61,982 bases of DNA, filler included, from Deltaproteobacteria bacterium (GCA_030698575.1; 9 parts of 9 records of this genome joined end to end with filler, not necessarily neighbours in it); one strand, 5' to 3'. Numbered from the whole stretch's first letter, positions 29,762 through 39,256 are shown. Notes: a model not told the origin generated them from the sequence alone. Numbers and translations are program-made.

Positions 29762-31165
29762 TCAGTCCGCCTGGGTCGATTTGCGCGACCCCCCCAACAA
29801 CTTGATCGGGACTTTGGGCGTCTCCCGTTCCAGAACCCGGAGGACCTTCGCGGAGTGGTCCGAACGGCGCCCCGCCTTCCGCATCTGGCGGATATCCTCC
29901 TCGACATAGATGCGCGTGGTCTCGATTCCGTAGCTCGAGAGGATGCCCCGGACCTGGGGATACTTCTTCTCGATGCTGGTCTTCACGGAATGGAACCCGC
30001 GCTCGGCGGACTGCGCGCGATCCCAGAAGGCGAGAGGATTGATCTCGAAGAAGCGGATGTCCTGCTCCTGGGGCTCGATGAGGATGATGTCGCCTTTGAA
30101 TTTCATGTCGTCGACGTACTTCCTGAGGCCGATCTGCAGCCGCGAGTGCAGCAGCGTGCGGAAAACCTGATTGAGCACGCTTCGCATGCCCCGGCTTGCC
30201 AGATAGTCTCCCTTCGTCGTCACGTACTCGATCTTCTTGTTGACCTCCCGCGCTTCGACGTCGACGCGGTTATGGAAGGGGCGGAAGGGGTTGTAGCAGA
30301 TGATCAGGTCGGCGCCGTGGTCGATGGCGATATCGATGTTGGCGGTGTGCCGCACGCCGCCGTCGACGTAATCCACGCCCCGGATCCGGGCGGGTTTGTA
30401 GAACCCGGGCAACGCGGTCGAGGCCTGGACGGCCTCCGAGATGGTCACGTCGCTGACCTCGTTGTGACCGAAGATCACCCGCTCGGCGGTGTCGAGGTTC
30501 ATCGCCGCAATGTAGAGCTCCTTCTTCCGCAGCTTGTAGAGCTCGCTGAAATCGTTGGGGATCCCGTTGCTCGCCATATTGGCGGCCAGGTAGCGCTCGA
30601 GAGCCACGTTGTCGAAGATGCCTGACGGCAGGGCACGAAAGAGCGAAGGGGGTTGCCGGCGGGGCGAGATCACTTTCGCCAGCTCCTTGCTCACGGCCTC
30701 GAAATTCGTGTAGCTCGGGTCCTTGGCGTAGGTCCGGGCCGCGCCATAGACGCTGCCCGGTAGCGCCGGAATCGCCTTGAGGAAATCGTAGATGACCGCC
30801 GGCAGGAAGGTGGCCAGGCCCAGCCAGACGCTGAGCGGGCGAGTCACCCATTCACGGAAATTCGGGTAGTAGAAATCGACAGGGCGGAGCTGTTTGAACT
30901 TGGAGGAAGAGCCGTCCAGGCTCTTCAGCATCTCCTCGGGACTCACGCCTCCTGCGAGCGGGGCCGCGAGGAACGCGCCCGCAGAGAGCCCGATGTAGAC
31001 GTCGAAGTCGGTGACCTTGCGGTTGACGAGGAAGTCGTTCAGCGCCTTCAGGCCGCCGACCTTGAAGGCCCCTCCCGACACGGCGCCGCCCGCCAGGACG
31101 AGGGCGACTTTCGGGTTGCGCTTCTTCTTAGAGAAGTCGCTCTTTTGGACGATGGATATTCCCAT
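29762..31165 (-). CDS. Patatin-like phospholipase
   Basis: LVLAGGAVSGG, GLSAG nucleophile motif, ASTALPG and YVDGG. Confidence 0.92.
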   Translation of the reverse strand: MGISIVQKSDFSKKKRNPKVALVLAGGAVSGGAFKVGGLKALNDFLVNRKVTDFDVYIGLSAGAFLAAPLAGGVSPEEMLKSLDGSSSKFKQLRPVDFYYPNFREWVTRPLSVWLGLATFLPAVIYDFLKAIPALPGSVYGAARTYAKDPSYTNFEAVSKELAKVISPRRQPPSLFRALPSGIFDNVALERYLAANMASNGIPNDFSELYKLRKKELYIAAMNLDTAERVIFGHNEVSDVTISEAVQASTALPGFYKPARIRGVDYVDGGVRHTANIDIAIDHGADLIICYNPFRPFHNRVDVEAREVNKKIEYVTTKGDYLASRGMRSVLNQVFRTLLHSRLQIGLRKYVDDMKFKGDIILIEPQEQDIRFFEINPLAFWDRAQSAERGFHSVKTSIEKKYPQVRGILSSYGIETTRIYVEEDIRQMRKAGRRSDHSAKVLRVLERETPKVPIKLLGGSRKSTQAD

Positions 31166-31401
31166 CCCAACCCTTATCGGCAAGACCTTCGCGGAACCGT
31201 TGCCGAACCGCTTCTGACCCGGGAGATCGTTCAGTCCAGGGCGGACGGCTCACAAACGCCTTTACAATATCTCTTTAATAGAAAAATTCCGCCCGTGCGT
31301 TCTGTCTCGTCAAGGGCTGGAATCTTCCAAGCGTTTGATAAGACTCAGGTTTCAAGACTACAGGGAGCCTAAAAGAATGCCTTTGAAAAGTCAACATTTT
31401 A

Positions 31402-31416
31402 TTACGCTCTGTGTCA
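31402..31416. promoter_or_regulatory. Palindromic operator upstream of the patatin gene, matching the phasin-promoter sites
   Basis: TTACGC-TCT-GTGTCA overlapping a minus-strand TTGACA. Confidence 0.5.
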
Positions 31417-31479
31417 AAGCCTCGATTCGTGCGGCGGGTCGGACGAGGCGCTTAAGCCTGATTCTTCTCACGGACACCC

Positions 31480-31514
31480 AAAAAAAAGGGCCTGCCCGGA
31501 GTGGGCAGGCCCTT
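31480..31514 (-). terminator. Rho-independent terminator after the ompA-like gene
   Basis: AAGGGCCTGCCC hairpin followed by a T-run on the minus strand. Confidence 0.8.
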
Positions 31515-31539
31515 CAGGTGTTCGCCTTCGCGTCCGCGC

Positions 31540-32382
31540 TCAGTAGGGCGGGGGGTTCCCGTAACCCGGGGGTGGGTTGCCGTAGCCCGGAGGCGGGTTG
31601 CCGTAGCCCGGAGGCGGATTGCCGTAGTCCGGAGGCGGATTGCCGTAGCCGGGCGGAGGCGCGCCATAGCCCGGGGGCGGCGCCGCGCCCGGAGGCGGCC
31701 CGCCGGGGGGCAGGATCTCCAGCTCCACGCGCCTGTTTTGCTGCCAGGCGCCGCTCGTGTTCTCGTTGACCAGAGGCTGGCTCTCGCCATAACCGATGGC
31801 GGTGATCCGCTGGGCCGCCACGCCCGACTGGATGAGGGCGTTCTTCACGGAATCTGCTCGCCGCTGGGAAAGTGACATGTTGTAGGCCTCGGACCCGCGA
31901 CTGTCGGTGTGCCCCTTGACGATAATCTGGGTGCTGGGGTCCTCGTTCATCACACCCGCAATCTGGTTCATCTTCTGATAGGAACCGGGCCGAAGGGTGG
32001 ATGAATCGGTGTCGAAGAGGAAGTCGCCGGCGAGCGTCACGACCAGCGCCTGCGTGCGCGAGTTTCGCTGGACGATCATGTCCTGCAGCTCCTGATCGCG
32101 CCGGTACGACTCGGCTTCGATGGCCTTGAGCTTGTCTTCCTGCTTCTGCAGCGCGTAGCCGATGAGGCCGCCCGCGAGCGCGCCAGTTGCGGCTCCGATG
32201 GCAATGCCCGCCCCTGTATTGCCCGTCTGGCTACCGATAATGGCGCCTGTACCAGCGCCGAGGAGGCCGCCCAGGAGCGCGCCCTTGCCCGTCTTGCTGC
32301 CCGCGGCGCTCTTGGTCTCCTCGCAACCGGTCAGCATCACAACCGAGAGCAGGAGTACCAGGGCCATGCGTCCGGATTTCAT
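31540..32382 (-). CDS. OmpA-family lipoprotein with glycine zipper (YiaD-like) and Pro-rich repeat tail
   Basis: Lipobox LTGC, Gly zipper, GHTDSRGS..YN..LS.RRA and NRRVE motifs. Confidence 0.93.
   Translation of the reverse strand: MKSGRMALVLLLSVVMLTGCEETKSAAGSKTGKGALLGGLLGAGTGAIIGSQTGNTGAGIAIGAATGALAGGLIGYALQKQEDKLKAIEAESYRRDQELQDMIVQRNSRTQALVVTLAGDFLFDTDSSTLRPGSYQKMNQIAGVMNEDPSTQIIVKGHTDSRGSEAYNMSLSQRRADSVKNALIQSGVAAQRITAIGYGESQPLVNENTSGAWQQNRRVELEILPPGGPPPGAAPPPGYGAPPPGYGNPPPDYGNPPPGYGNPPPGYGNPPPGYGNPPPY
31544..31680 (-). repeat. 21-nt coding tandem repeat encoding PPPGYGN (about 6 copies)
   Basis: Repeated GTAGCCCGGAGGCGG(G/A)TTGCC units. Confidence 0.9.
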
Positions 32383-32623
32383 GTTTGCCTCCTCCCTGAA
32401 GGGGAGATCCCCCCCTCGTTCATCCGTTCGTTTTTCGCCTGAGAGATAGAAACGGAACCGACGCGCCCCTCCGGACGGCTATCCGGCAGGCCGGGCCTCC
32501 GGCGACTCCCCTCCGAACTCCGTGAACAATAGCCCGACCGGCTGTGGGCGCCAGTCAAAATCAGCGCACAGACGAGACGGGGCGCTCCTTCATTCAGGTC
32601 CATTGGCAGATTCTTGCCGCGTG

Positions 32624-33463
32624 CTACGCCTTGCCCGAGAGCCAGGCCTCCATGTCCTGGAAGACCTTCTCCTTCCCGTTCTCGTTGAAGATCTCGTGCA
32701 AAAAGCCGGGATAGAGATGAAGGCGCTTGTCCGGGGCCTGCGTCGTTTCGAAGAACTTCCGCGTGCCCGTGCTGTCCACCAGCGCGTCGTCCGCGCCATG
32801 CAGCAGCAGGATGGGGATCTGGACGCGACCGGCCGCCGACAGGGTCTCGCCCATGCTCCGGATGATTTCAAAGCCGAGGCGGGCGGTGATCTTGCGAATG
32901 ACCAGCGGGTCCTGCTCGTAGGCCTTCACCACGGCCTGGTCGTGGGAAAGATCGGCCGGGTTGACCTCGTTGGGCATCGATAGCTTGGGCGAGATGCGGG
33001 AGAGAATCCGCGCGGCGGCAATCTTCATCCTGGAGACCGAAGCCCCCGGCACCAGCGCCGCGCCGGAGCTTACCAGCGCCGCCACCCGCGGCGCCCTGAA
33101 GGCGGCCCATCGGAGAACGATGAGCCCCCCCATGCTGTGGCCCACCACCACGATCTTCTCACCGGGCCGCCGCGCGCGGACCACATCGACGAAGCTGTCC
33201 AGGTCGTCCAGGAAGTCGTCGAAGGAAGCCGTGAAGGCCCGCGTACCCGCGCTCTTGCCGAACCCCCGCTGATCGAAACCGTAGACGGCGAAGCCCCTGG
33301 GCGTGAAGTGATCGACGATGTTCTGGTACCGGCCCGAGTGCTCTCCGAGGCCGTGCACGACGACCATCGCCCTCCGCGCCTCCGGCGGCGTCCAGGCCTG
33401 GGCATAGAGCGAAACGCCCTCTTTCCCCTCGAACTGCCACTCCTCGTGCTTCACGTCCGCCAT
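32624..33463 (-). CDS. Lysophospholipase / monoacylglycerol lipase (alpha/beta hydrolase)
   Basis: VHGLGEHSGRY, DQRGFG, GHSMGG and HEIFNE motifs. Confidence 0.93.
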   Translation of the reverse strand: MADVKHEEWQFEGKEGVSLYAQAWTPPEARRAMVVVHGLGEHSGRYQNIVDHFTPRGFAVYGFDQRGFGKSAGTRAFTASFDDFLDDLDSFVDVVRARRPGEKIVVVGHSMGGLIVLRWAAFRAPRVAALVSSGAALVPGASVSRMKIAAARILSRISPKLSMPNEVNPADLSHDQAVVKAYEQDPLVIRKITARLGFEIIRSMGETLSAAGRVQIPILLLHGADDALVDSTGTRKFFETTQAPDKRLHLYPGFLHEIFNENGKEKVFQDMEAWLSGKA

Positions 33464-33553
33464 TGGTTTCTCTCCGTGGGCTGTGTGCACTCCTGCGTCT
33501 AGATCACTCCCCGCCCGGCTGTCAACCCCGGGCCCTGCGCACGCGGGCGCTTC

Positions 33554-34282
33554 TCAGGGATAGGTGCTGTAGTAGGCCATCTCCTCCGGCCCGTATTGAT
33601 ACTCCTCGCCGTAAACGCAATGTATTCGCGAGAGGCAGCTCGAGCGGCAGACCTCTTGCGCCCGCTTCGCGGCGAGACAGGGCTCGGCCGCCCAGCGCCC
33701 CTCCGGAAAGGCGCCGCCCGGACAGACCGCGATGCACGGCGCCGGGCAGTCGCGGCAGGGATCGAAGCTGTCGAGCGGACGCGTGACTTCAAGGGGCGCG
33801 TCGGTGAGGATCGCCGCGCGGGCGGCTATCCAGGGCCCGAAGGCCGGGTGGATAACGAGGCCGAGCACGCTCATGGCGCCGAAGCCCGCCGCGGAGCCCA
33901 GCGCGCGAAATGAGAGCGCGTGATCCGCCCCGAAAAAAGGATAGAGCGTCTGCTCGGCGTAACCCGCCGCGCGCAGCATCGCGCGAAGCGGGGCAACGCT
34001 CTCGATCGTGAAGTCATCGAGCGGATCGCCCTGGCCCTTGGGCGGCAGGGTGCCGGGACGGGCGACCCTGAAGCGGCTCCAGTAGAGCGGACCTGCGCTG
34101 CCGATCACCACGGCCACGCCAGTACCGGGCCATACCTCCCCGATGCGGTGGCCGGAAGGCGCGGCTCGGTCGTAGGCCGCGGCGTCGACCACGCCGACGA
34201 GATCGAGCCCACGCCCCGCCGCCTCGCGGCGCAGCGCCGTGAGCAGGCCCGCCGTCTCGCCCGCTGTCTGGGACGACTGCAT
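33554..34282 (-). CDS. QueG/CblC-like putative cobalamin-binding Fe-S protein
   Basis: DPLDDF, LVIHPAFGPWIAARAAI, CRDCPAPCIAVCP and a second C-terminal Cys cluster. Confidence 0.65.
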   Translation of the reverse strand: MQSSQTAGETAGLLTALRREAAGRGLDLVGVVDAAAYDRAAPSGHRIGEVWPGTGVAVVIGSAGPLYWSRFRVARPGTLPPKGQGDPLDDFTIESVAPLRAMLRAAGYAEQTLYPFFGADHALSFRALGSAAGFGAMSVLGLVIHPAFGPWIAARAAILTDAPLEVTRPLDSFDPCRDCPAPCIAVCPGGAFPEGRWAAEPCLAAKRAQEVCRSSCLSRIHCVYGEEYQYGPEEMAYYSTYP

Positions 34283-34420
34283 CAGTGCCTCTCCAGGTGC
34301 TTCCGCGGGCCCCTTGAAAATCGGGGCGGTCTGGGCTAGGTTTCGACCCTCGCAGACGATGGTGGATCAGCCTTTCCCAGGCTTTCGATCGCCAGATTCT
34401 TTCGATACGAGGAGCAGGGC

Positions 34421-34513
34421 ATGCGCAAGACCAGACACAAGAAGCGCCACAAGTTGAAGTGGAAGAGCAAGAAGGCCAATCACGGGACCAAGCCCTGCGC
34501 GGGCCGCCGCTAG
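34421..34513 (+). CDS. bL37-like 50S ribosomal protein (30 aa; not in the ORF track)
   Basis: GAGGAG RBS at 34409-34414; MRKTRHKKRHKLKWKSKKANHGTKPCAGRR* with the KANHGxKP signature. Confidence 0.8.
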   Translation: MRKTRHKKRHKLKWKSKKANHGTKPCAGRR

Positions 34514-34655
34514 CTGCGGCCCGCCGCTCCGTTCTATGGCCCCGCTGGTATGCTTCGTTCTATGGCCCTTCCAACGAGCTGCCCCGTTCTATTGCTCCAC
34601 TAACAATGCCTCCCGGATGGGAGGCCTTCGTGTTTTCGTGCCCCGATATCCGCCT

Positions 34656-35456
34656 TCATCGACGCTCCCGGAGGTTGAACATGTCCACCACGCTCTGTGC
34701 GCCGGCGGTCATGCCGCCGTCCACTGTGAGCGCATGGCCGGTGATGAATGACGACGCATCGCTCACCAGGAAGAGCGCAGGCCAGGCCACTTCCTCCGGC
34801 TTGCCGAAGCGCTTCAACGGATAGAGCGCCAGCATGGCGTCTCGGATCGCCTCTGCTCCCTCGCTCTCCCGCAGCGCGTGGGTCATGGGCGTCTCGATGA
34901 CGCCGGGACAGAGACAGTTGGCCCGGATCCCGAATCGGCCGTACTCGACCGCCAGGTGCTTGGTGAGGAGGACCACGCCGCCCTTTGCCGCGTTGTAGGC
35001 CCCGAGCCCGCTGGAGCCGACGAGCCCCGCCACGCTGGCCGTGCTCAGGATCGTTCCCCCCTTCTGCCGCCGCATGTGGGGGATGGCATACTTGACACCC
35101 AGGAAGGTCCCTTTCAGGTTGATGTCGATGACCCGGTCCCAGTCATCCTCTTTCATGCCGTGAAGGGGCCCCATGTAATCGATCCCTGCGTTGTTGAACA
35201 GAACGTCGACGCGGCCATGCTCCGAGACCGTTTGCTCGACGAGTGATTCAACTTCATCGGCGCGGGAGACGTCGGTTCGAATGAAAGAGGCCTTTCCCCC
35301 TTCGCTCTCGATGTCGGTCACCGTCGTCTTGCCCCCGGCTTCATTCACATCGGCCACGACCACGGTGCCCCCAACCCGGGCGAAGAGAAGCGCGGAAGCC
35401 CGGCCGATGCCGGAAGCGGCTCCTGTGATGATGCAAATCTTGTTCTCGAGCTTCAT
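34656..35456 (-). CDS. SDR-family oxidoreductase
   Basis: ITGAASGIG, NNAGI, YNAAKGG and LCPGVIETP motifs. Confidence 0.95.
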   Translation of the reverse strand: MKLENKICIITGAASGIGRASALLFARVGGTVVVADVNEAGGKTTVTDIESEGGKASFIRTDVSRADEVESLVEQTVSEHGRVDVLFNNAGIDYMGPLHGMKEDDWDRVIDINLKGTFLGVKYAIPHMRRQKGGTILSTASVAGLVGSSGLGAYNAAKGGVVLLTKHLAVEYGRFGIRANCLCPGVIETPMTHALRESEGAEAIRDAMLALYPLKRFGKPEEVAWPALFLVSDASSFITGHALTVDGGMTAGAQSVVDMFNLRERR

Positions 35457-35733
35457 CGGGCTCCCTGGCGGAATAAGGGCCCCCGGCCCTGGGGCGGCAG
35501 CTGAGGAAATTCGCGGATCGGGTGGCGCCGCGGCATTATAGGCCATTGCGGAAGGCGGTGGGGCGGGGCCGGCCACCCCGTACGACGCCCTGGGAAGCAC
35601 TTCCAGGGCGCGATCCCGAGAAAACAAACCACCTGTTTTTGTTCCGGGTGTCACGGCCCAAGTCAGCGAAAACAGACTTCTATTTTTTGTTTTCCACAGG
35701 TTTGCCAACAGCTGTGGACAAGCAGGGTGTGCG

Positions 35734-36462
35734 ATGGGCGGTTTCTTCAAATTTCTGATCGGGAGCGTCCTCGTCCTGGGGCTCCTGGCGGGCGGCGCGG
35801 TGCTCACCGGTCCCCGATGGCTTCCCGGCGTGGCGGGTTACCTGGTCACGGAGGATCCGCTCGCGCCCGCGGATCTGATCGTCGTTCTCTCCGGCTCCCC
35901 GGCCGATCGCGCCCGCTTCGCCGCCGAACTTTATCGAGAGAAGTACGCCCCGTACATCCTCTGCGCGTCGAGCCTGCTGGCGCCAGATCTGGAAATCATC
36001 GGCAAGCGCATGACCCACGCGGAGCTCTCGGCGGTCGTCCTCCGCCGGCAGGGCGTGCCCGAGAGCGCCATCCTCGTCGTGAACATGAGCACCAGCACCT
36101 TCGAGGAGTTGAAGGTCGTGCGCGAGATGATGCGCGTCCAGGGGTGGAAGCGGGTCATCCTCGTCAGTTCGCCCTACCACCTCCGCCGCATCCGGCTCAC
36201 CTGGGAACACGTCAACGAGGGCTCCGACCTCGTGGCGATCCTGCGCGCCACGCCTTACTCGAGGTTCCACCGCGAGGCCTGGTGGCGCCACGAGAGCGAC
36301 CTCCTGACGGTCCAGAACGAGTACGCGAAGCTCCTCTACTACCGGCTTCTCCTCTTCCGCGGCATCGCCATCGATGAAACGGGCGGAAAGGCGCAGCAAA
36401 AAACCAATCTGGAATCAAAAAGGCATCGCGGCCGTTACGCCGCGATGCCCTCACAATCCTGA
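35734..36462 (+). CDS. YdcF/DUF218 family protein
   Basis: N-terminal TM, ADLIVVLSG, STFEE, LVSSPYHLRR and EYAKL motifs. Confidence 0.9.
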   Translation: MGGFFKFLIGSVLVLGLLAGGAVLTGPRWLPGVAGYLVTEDPLAPADLIVVLSGSPADRARFAAELYREKYAPYILCASSLLAPDLEIIGKRMTHAELSAVVLRRQGVPESAILVVNMSTSTFEELKVVREMMRVQGWKRVILVSSPYHLRRIRLTWEHVNEGSDLVAILRATPYSRFHREAWWRHESDLLTVQNEYAKLLYYRLLLFRGIAIDETGGKAQQKTNLESKRHRGRYAAMPSQS

Positions 36463-36504
36463 TGCCTCACCGGCTTGACGCCTCACCGGGATGCCGAGAC
36501 GGCG

Positions 36505-36972
36505 CTAGGCCCGCTCCACCACCACCGCGATACCCTGGCCGCCGCCGATGCAAAGCCCTGCAACCCCCGTCTTGAGCCCCCGATCCTGCAGCGCGTGAAG
36601 CAGCGTCACGAGGATGCGGTTGCCGCTGGCGCCGATGGGGTGGCCAAGCGCGATGGCTCCGCCGTTGACGTTCACCTTTTTGGCGTCGATCTTCAGCTCC
36701 TTCAGCACGCCCAGCGACTGCGCCGCGAAGGCCTCATTCAGCTCGAACAGCTCGATCTCGTCAATCGCGAGCTTGGCCTTCTCGAGCGCCTTGCGCGTGG
36801 CGGGCACCGGGCCGAGCCCCATGACCCTGGGATCGAGCGCTGCCGAGGCGTAGCCACGGATGAAGGCCAGCGGCGAGATCCCGAGCTTGTTCGCGCGCGC
36901 CTCGCTCATCAGCAGCGTCGCCGAACCACCGTCGTTGAGGCCGCTGGCGTTGGCCGCCGTCACGGTACCGTC
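36505..36972 (-). CDS. Acetyl-CoA acetyltransferase (thiolase), C-terminal fragment
   Basis: [38 protein letters not shown] and CIGGGQG motifs. Confidence 0.96.
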   Translation of the reverse strand, partial: DGTVTAANASGLNDGGSATLLMSEARANKLGISPLAFIRGYASAALDPRVMGLGPVPATRKALEKAKLAIDEIELFELNEAFAAQSLGVLKELKIDAKKVNVNGGAIALGHPIGASGNRILVTLLHALQDRGLKTGVAGLCIGGGQGIAVVVERA

Positions 36973-37072
36973 NNNNNNNNNNNNNNNNNNNNNNNNNNNN
37001 NNNNNNNNNNNNNNNNTTAATTAATTAANNNNNNNNNNNNNNNNNNNNNNNNNNNNNNNNNNNNNNNNNNNN

Positions 37073-37308
37073 CGCTAAAGTTCTTCCCGGGCCGGGACTC
37101 GCCCATCGGGCGCGCGGTCCTCAGGATGGGCTGGAAGGAGGATCTCTACGTGATCCTCTCGGGGTTCAGCGAGATCAAGGCCGGCCAGGCCACGGTCAAG
37201 GTGCTGGTGCGTCCGCTGGTGATCTGGATCTGGGTGGGCGGGGGCGTGATCATCGCCGGGGTCTTCCTGGCCCTCTTCCCGCTCCGGCTTCGGGCCGCGG
37301 AGGCATGA
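37073..37308 (+). CDS. ccmF: Cytochrome c heme lyase CcmF, C-terminal fragment
   Basis: EDLYVIL...VRPLVIWIWVGG motif, directly upstream of ccmG/H. Confidence 0.85.
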
Positions 37309-37883
37309 GGGGGATGAAGCCCTGGGCGCGGCTCCTCATCGTCTTCGGCGTCGTGACGCCGCTCGTGGGCTTCCTCGCCTACGGCTTCACCCGCGACCCT
37401 CGCGAGATCCCCTCGCCGCTCATCGGCCGTCCGGCGCCGCCGTTCACGCTCCCCCTCTTCGATGGCGGGACGATGAAGCTGGAGGACCTCCGCGGCAAGG
37501 TGGTATTCGTCAACTTCTGGGCCTCATGGTGCCCGCCCTGCCGGGCGGAGGCGCGGCTCCTTGAAGCCTCCTGGCGGCGTCACCGCGGCGAGGAGGTGGT
37601 CTTCCTGGGAATCAACATGCAGGACCGCGAGGAACCGGCCCGGGCCTTCCTGCGGGAGTTCGACATCACCTACGCGAACGGCATTGACGCGGGGAACCGG
37701 ATCGCCATCGGCTACGGGATCTGGGGCATCCCCGAGACCTTCCTCATCGACCGGAACGGGCGGATCACCTACAAGCACATCGGGGCGCTCGACGCGGAGC
37801 TGATCCACGCCAAGATCGAGGAGGCCCGGCAAGGAGTGGTGAGCGGGCGGGAGGGAAAGGGTGACTACCGCTCGATCCAGTAG
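37305..37883 (+). CDS. ccmG: Thiol:disulfide oxidoreductase CcmG/TlpA
   Basis: RDPREIPSPLIG, NFWASWCPPC and GIPETFLID motifs. Confidence 0.88.
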   Translation: MRGMKPWARLLIVFGVVTPLVGFLAYGFTRDPREIPSPLIGRPAPPFTLPLFDGGTMKLEDLRGKVVFVNFWASWCPPCRAEARLLEASWRRHRGEEVVFLGINMQDREEPARAFLREFDITYANGIDAGNRIAIGYGIWGIPETFLIDRNGRITYKHIGALDAELIHAKIEEARQGVVSGREGKGDYRSIQ

Positions 37884-39120
37884 GGTCCGGACGGGCCGGC
37901 TGCTGGCCGCGCTCGTCGGGTCCCTGCTCCTCGCGACCGCGGCCGGCGCGAAGGAGGACCTCGAGGCCAGGGTGCGCGAGATCGCCGCCGGCCTGCGTTG
38001 CCCCGTGTGCCAGAACCTGTCGGTGGCCGAGTCGCCCTCCGAGATGGCCCGGGAGATGAGGTCCCTGATCGCGGATCAGCTCGCGGCCGGAACGAGCCCC
38101 GACGAGATCCGGGCCTACTTCGTCTCGAAGTACGGCGAGTGGATCCTGCTCGCGCCGACGGCGCGGGGATTCGGTCTGCTGCTCTGGGTACTCCCCGGGC
38201 TGGGCGCGGCGGCGGGGCTGGGTGGGGCCGCGTGGGTCTTGCGACGGTGGGCCCGCCGCGGGGCGACGCCGCCGGCGCCGGCGGATGCTGCGGCTCTCGC
38301 CCGCGTGCGCGCGATGGTGGAAGAGGAGGCCTCGGCGCTGACGCCGGAAGGCGCGCGGCTCGTCGAGGGGCTCCGGGAGCTCGAGTTTGACCATCGAGCG
38401 GGGAAACTGTCAGATCATGACTACGAGGAGCTACGGGCGGTCTATGAGACCCGGGCCGCCCTTGCGCTGGCCGCGCAGGATGAGCCACGGCGGAGCGCCC
38501 CGGCCGAAGGGACCACGGAGACTCCCCGTGCGGAGCGCGCAGCGCGGGCTCCAGCCTTTCGGGCCTGGCGCTGGGTGGCCGCGGCGCTCTTCCTCGTGGG
38601 GTTCGGCGCGGCGATCGGATTCTTTCTTCCCCAGTCGGTGCGCTTGCGGGACGGAGGTTCGATCACCGGGGGGCTCCTCACTGGAACGGGGAACGCGGCG
38701 CTCCCCCTGGAGTCGCGAGATCTACCGGCCTTGCTCGACCAGGGTCGGCGGGCCATGGAGGCCCAGGACCTCGGACGCGCCCTCCGCCTGTTTCAGCGTG
38801 CGCTGGAGGTCGATCCTGAGCACCCGGCCGCTCGCGCGTATCTCGGCCTCATCCTGCTCCGCGGGGGGCATCCCGACCGGGCCCTCAGCGAATTCGACCG
38901 GGCGCTGGCGCTGGAGCCGAAATTGACTCAGGCGCTGTGGGGGAAGGGGCTCGTCCTCTACGAGATTCCGGGGAAGACCGGCGAGGCGATCCGGACATGG
39001 GAGGTGCTGCTGGCGCAGGACCTCTCGCGCGAAGATCGGGATCATGTGGGCTCTGTCCTCGCGCAAGCGCGGCAGCGTCTGAAGCAGGAGACGAAGGCGG
39101 CGCAGAAGGCGTCCCGGTGA
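37861..39120 (+). CDS. ccmH: CcmH fused to a CcmI-like TPR domain
   Basis: LRCPVCQN, YFVSKYGEWIL, ELEFDHRAGKLS and C-terminal TPRs. Confidence 0.88.
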   Translation: MTTARSSRVRTGRLLAALVGSLLLATAAGAKEDLEARVREIAAGLRCPVCQNLSVAESPSEMAREMRSLIADQLAAGTSPDEIRAYFVSKYGEWILLAPTARGFGLLLWVLPGLGAAAGLGGAAWVLRRWARRGATPPAPADAAALARVRAMVEEEASALTPEGARLVEGLRELEFDHRAGKLSDHDYEELRAVYETRAALALAAQDEPRRSAPAEGTTETPRAERAARAPAFRAWRWVAAALFLVGFGAAIGFFLPQSVRLRDGGSITGGLLTGTGNAALPLESRDLPALLDQGRRAMEAQDLGRALRLFQRALEVDPEHPAARAYLGLILLRGGHPDRALSEFDRALALEPKLTQALWGKGLVLYEIPGKTGEAIRTWEVLLAQDLSREDRDHVGSVLAQARQRLKQETKAAQKASR

Positions 39121-39256
39121 CGCCTCCGTCGCCGCCCACTCCGCGGGTCGACACAGGTGTCGACGGCTCTCGACAATTCCGACGAGCGGTTGGTCCAGCC
39201 TTGCGGGCCCCCTCGGCAACAAATTGAAAACACAGGGCTCGAGCCTGGCTTGCGGA

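Noticed and set aside
31544-31680. Tandem 21-nt repeats as a possible CRISPR array
   Set aside because: No unique spacers, in-frame coding repeat, and no cas genes in the window.
12628-34513. hflX, mutS2, HPF-like and bL37-like genes as a ribosome-rescue island
   Set aside because: They are scattered over more than 20 kb in different operons and orientations among unrelated genes.
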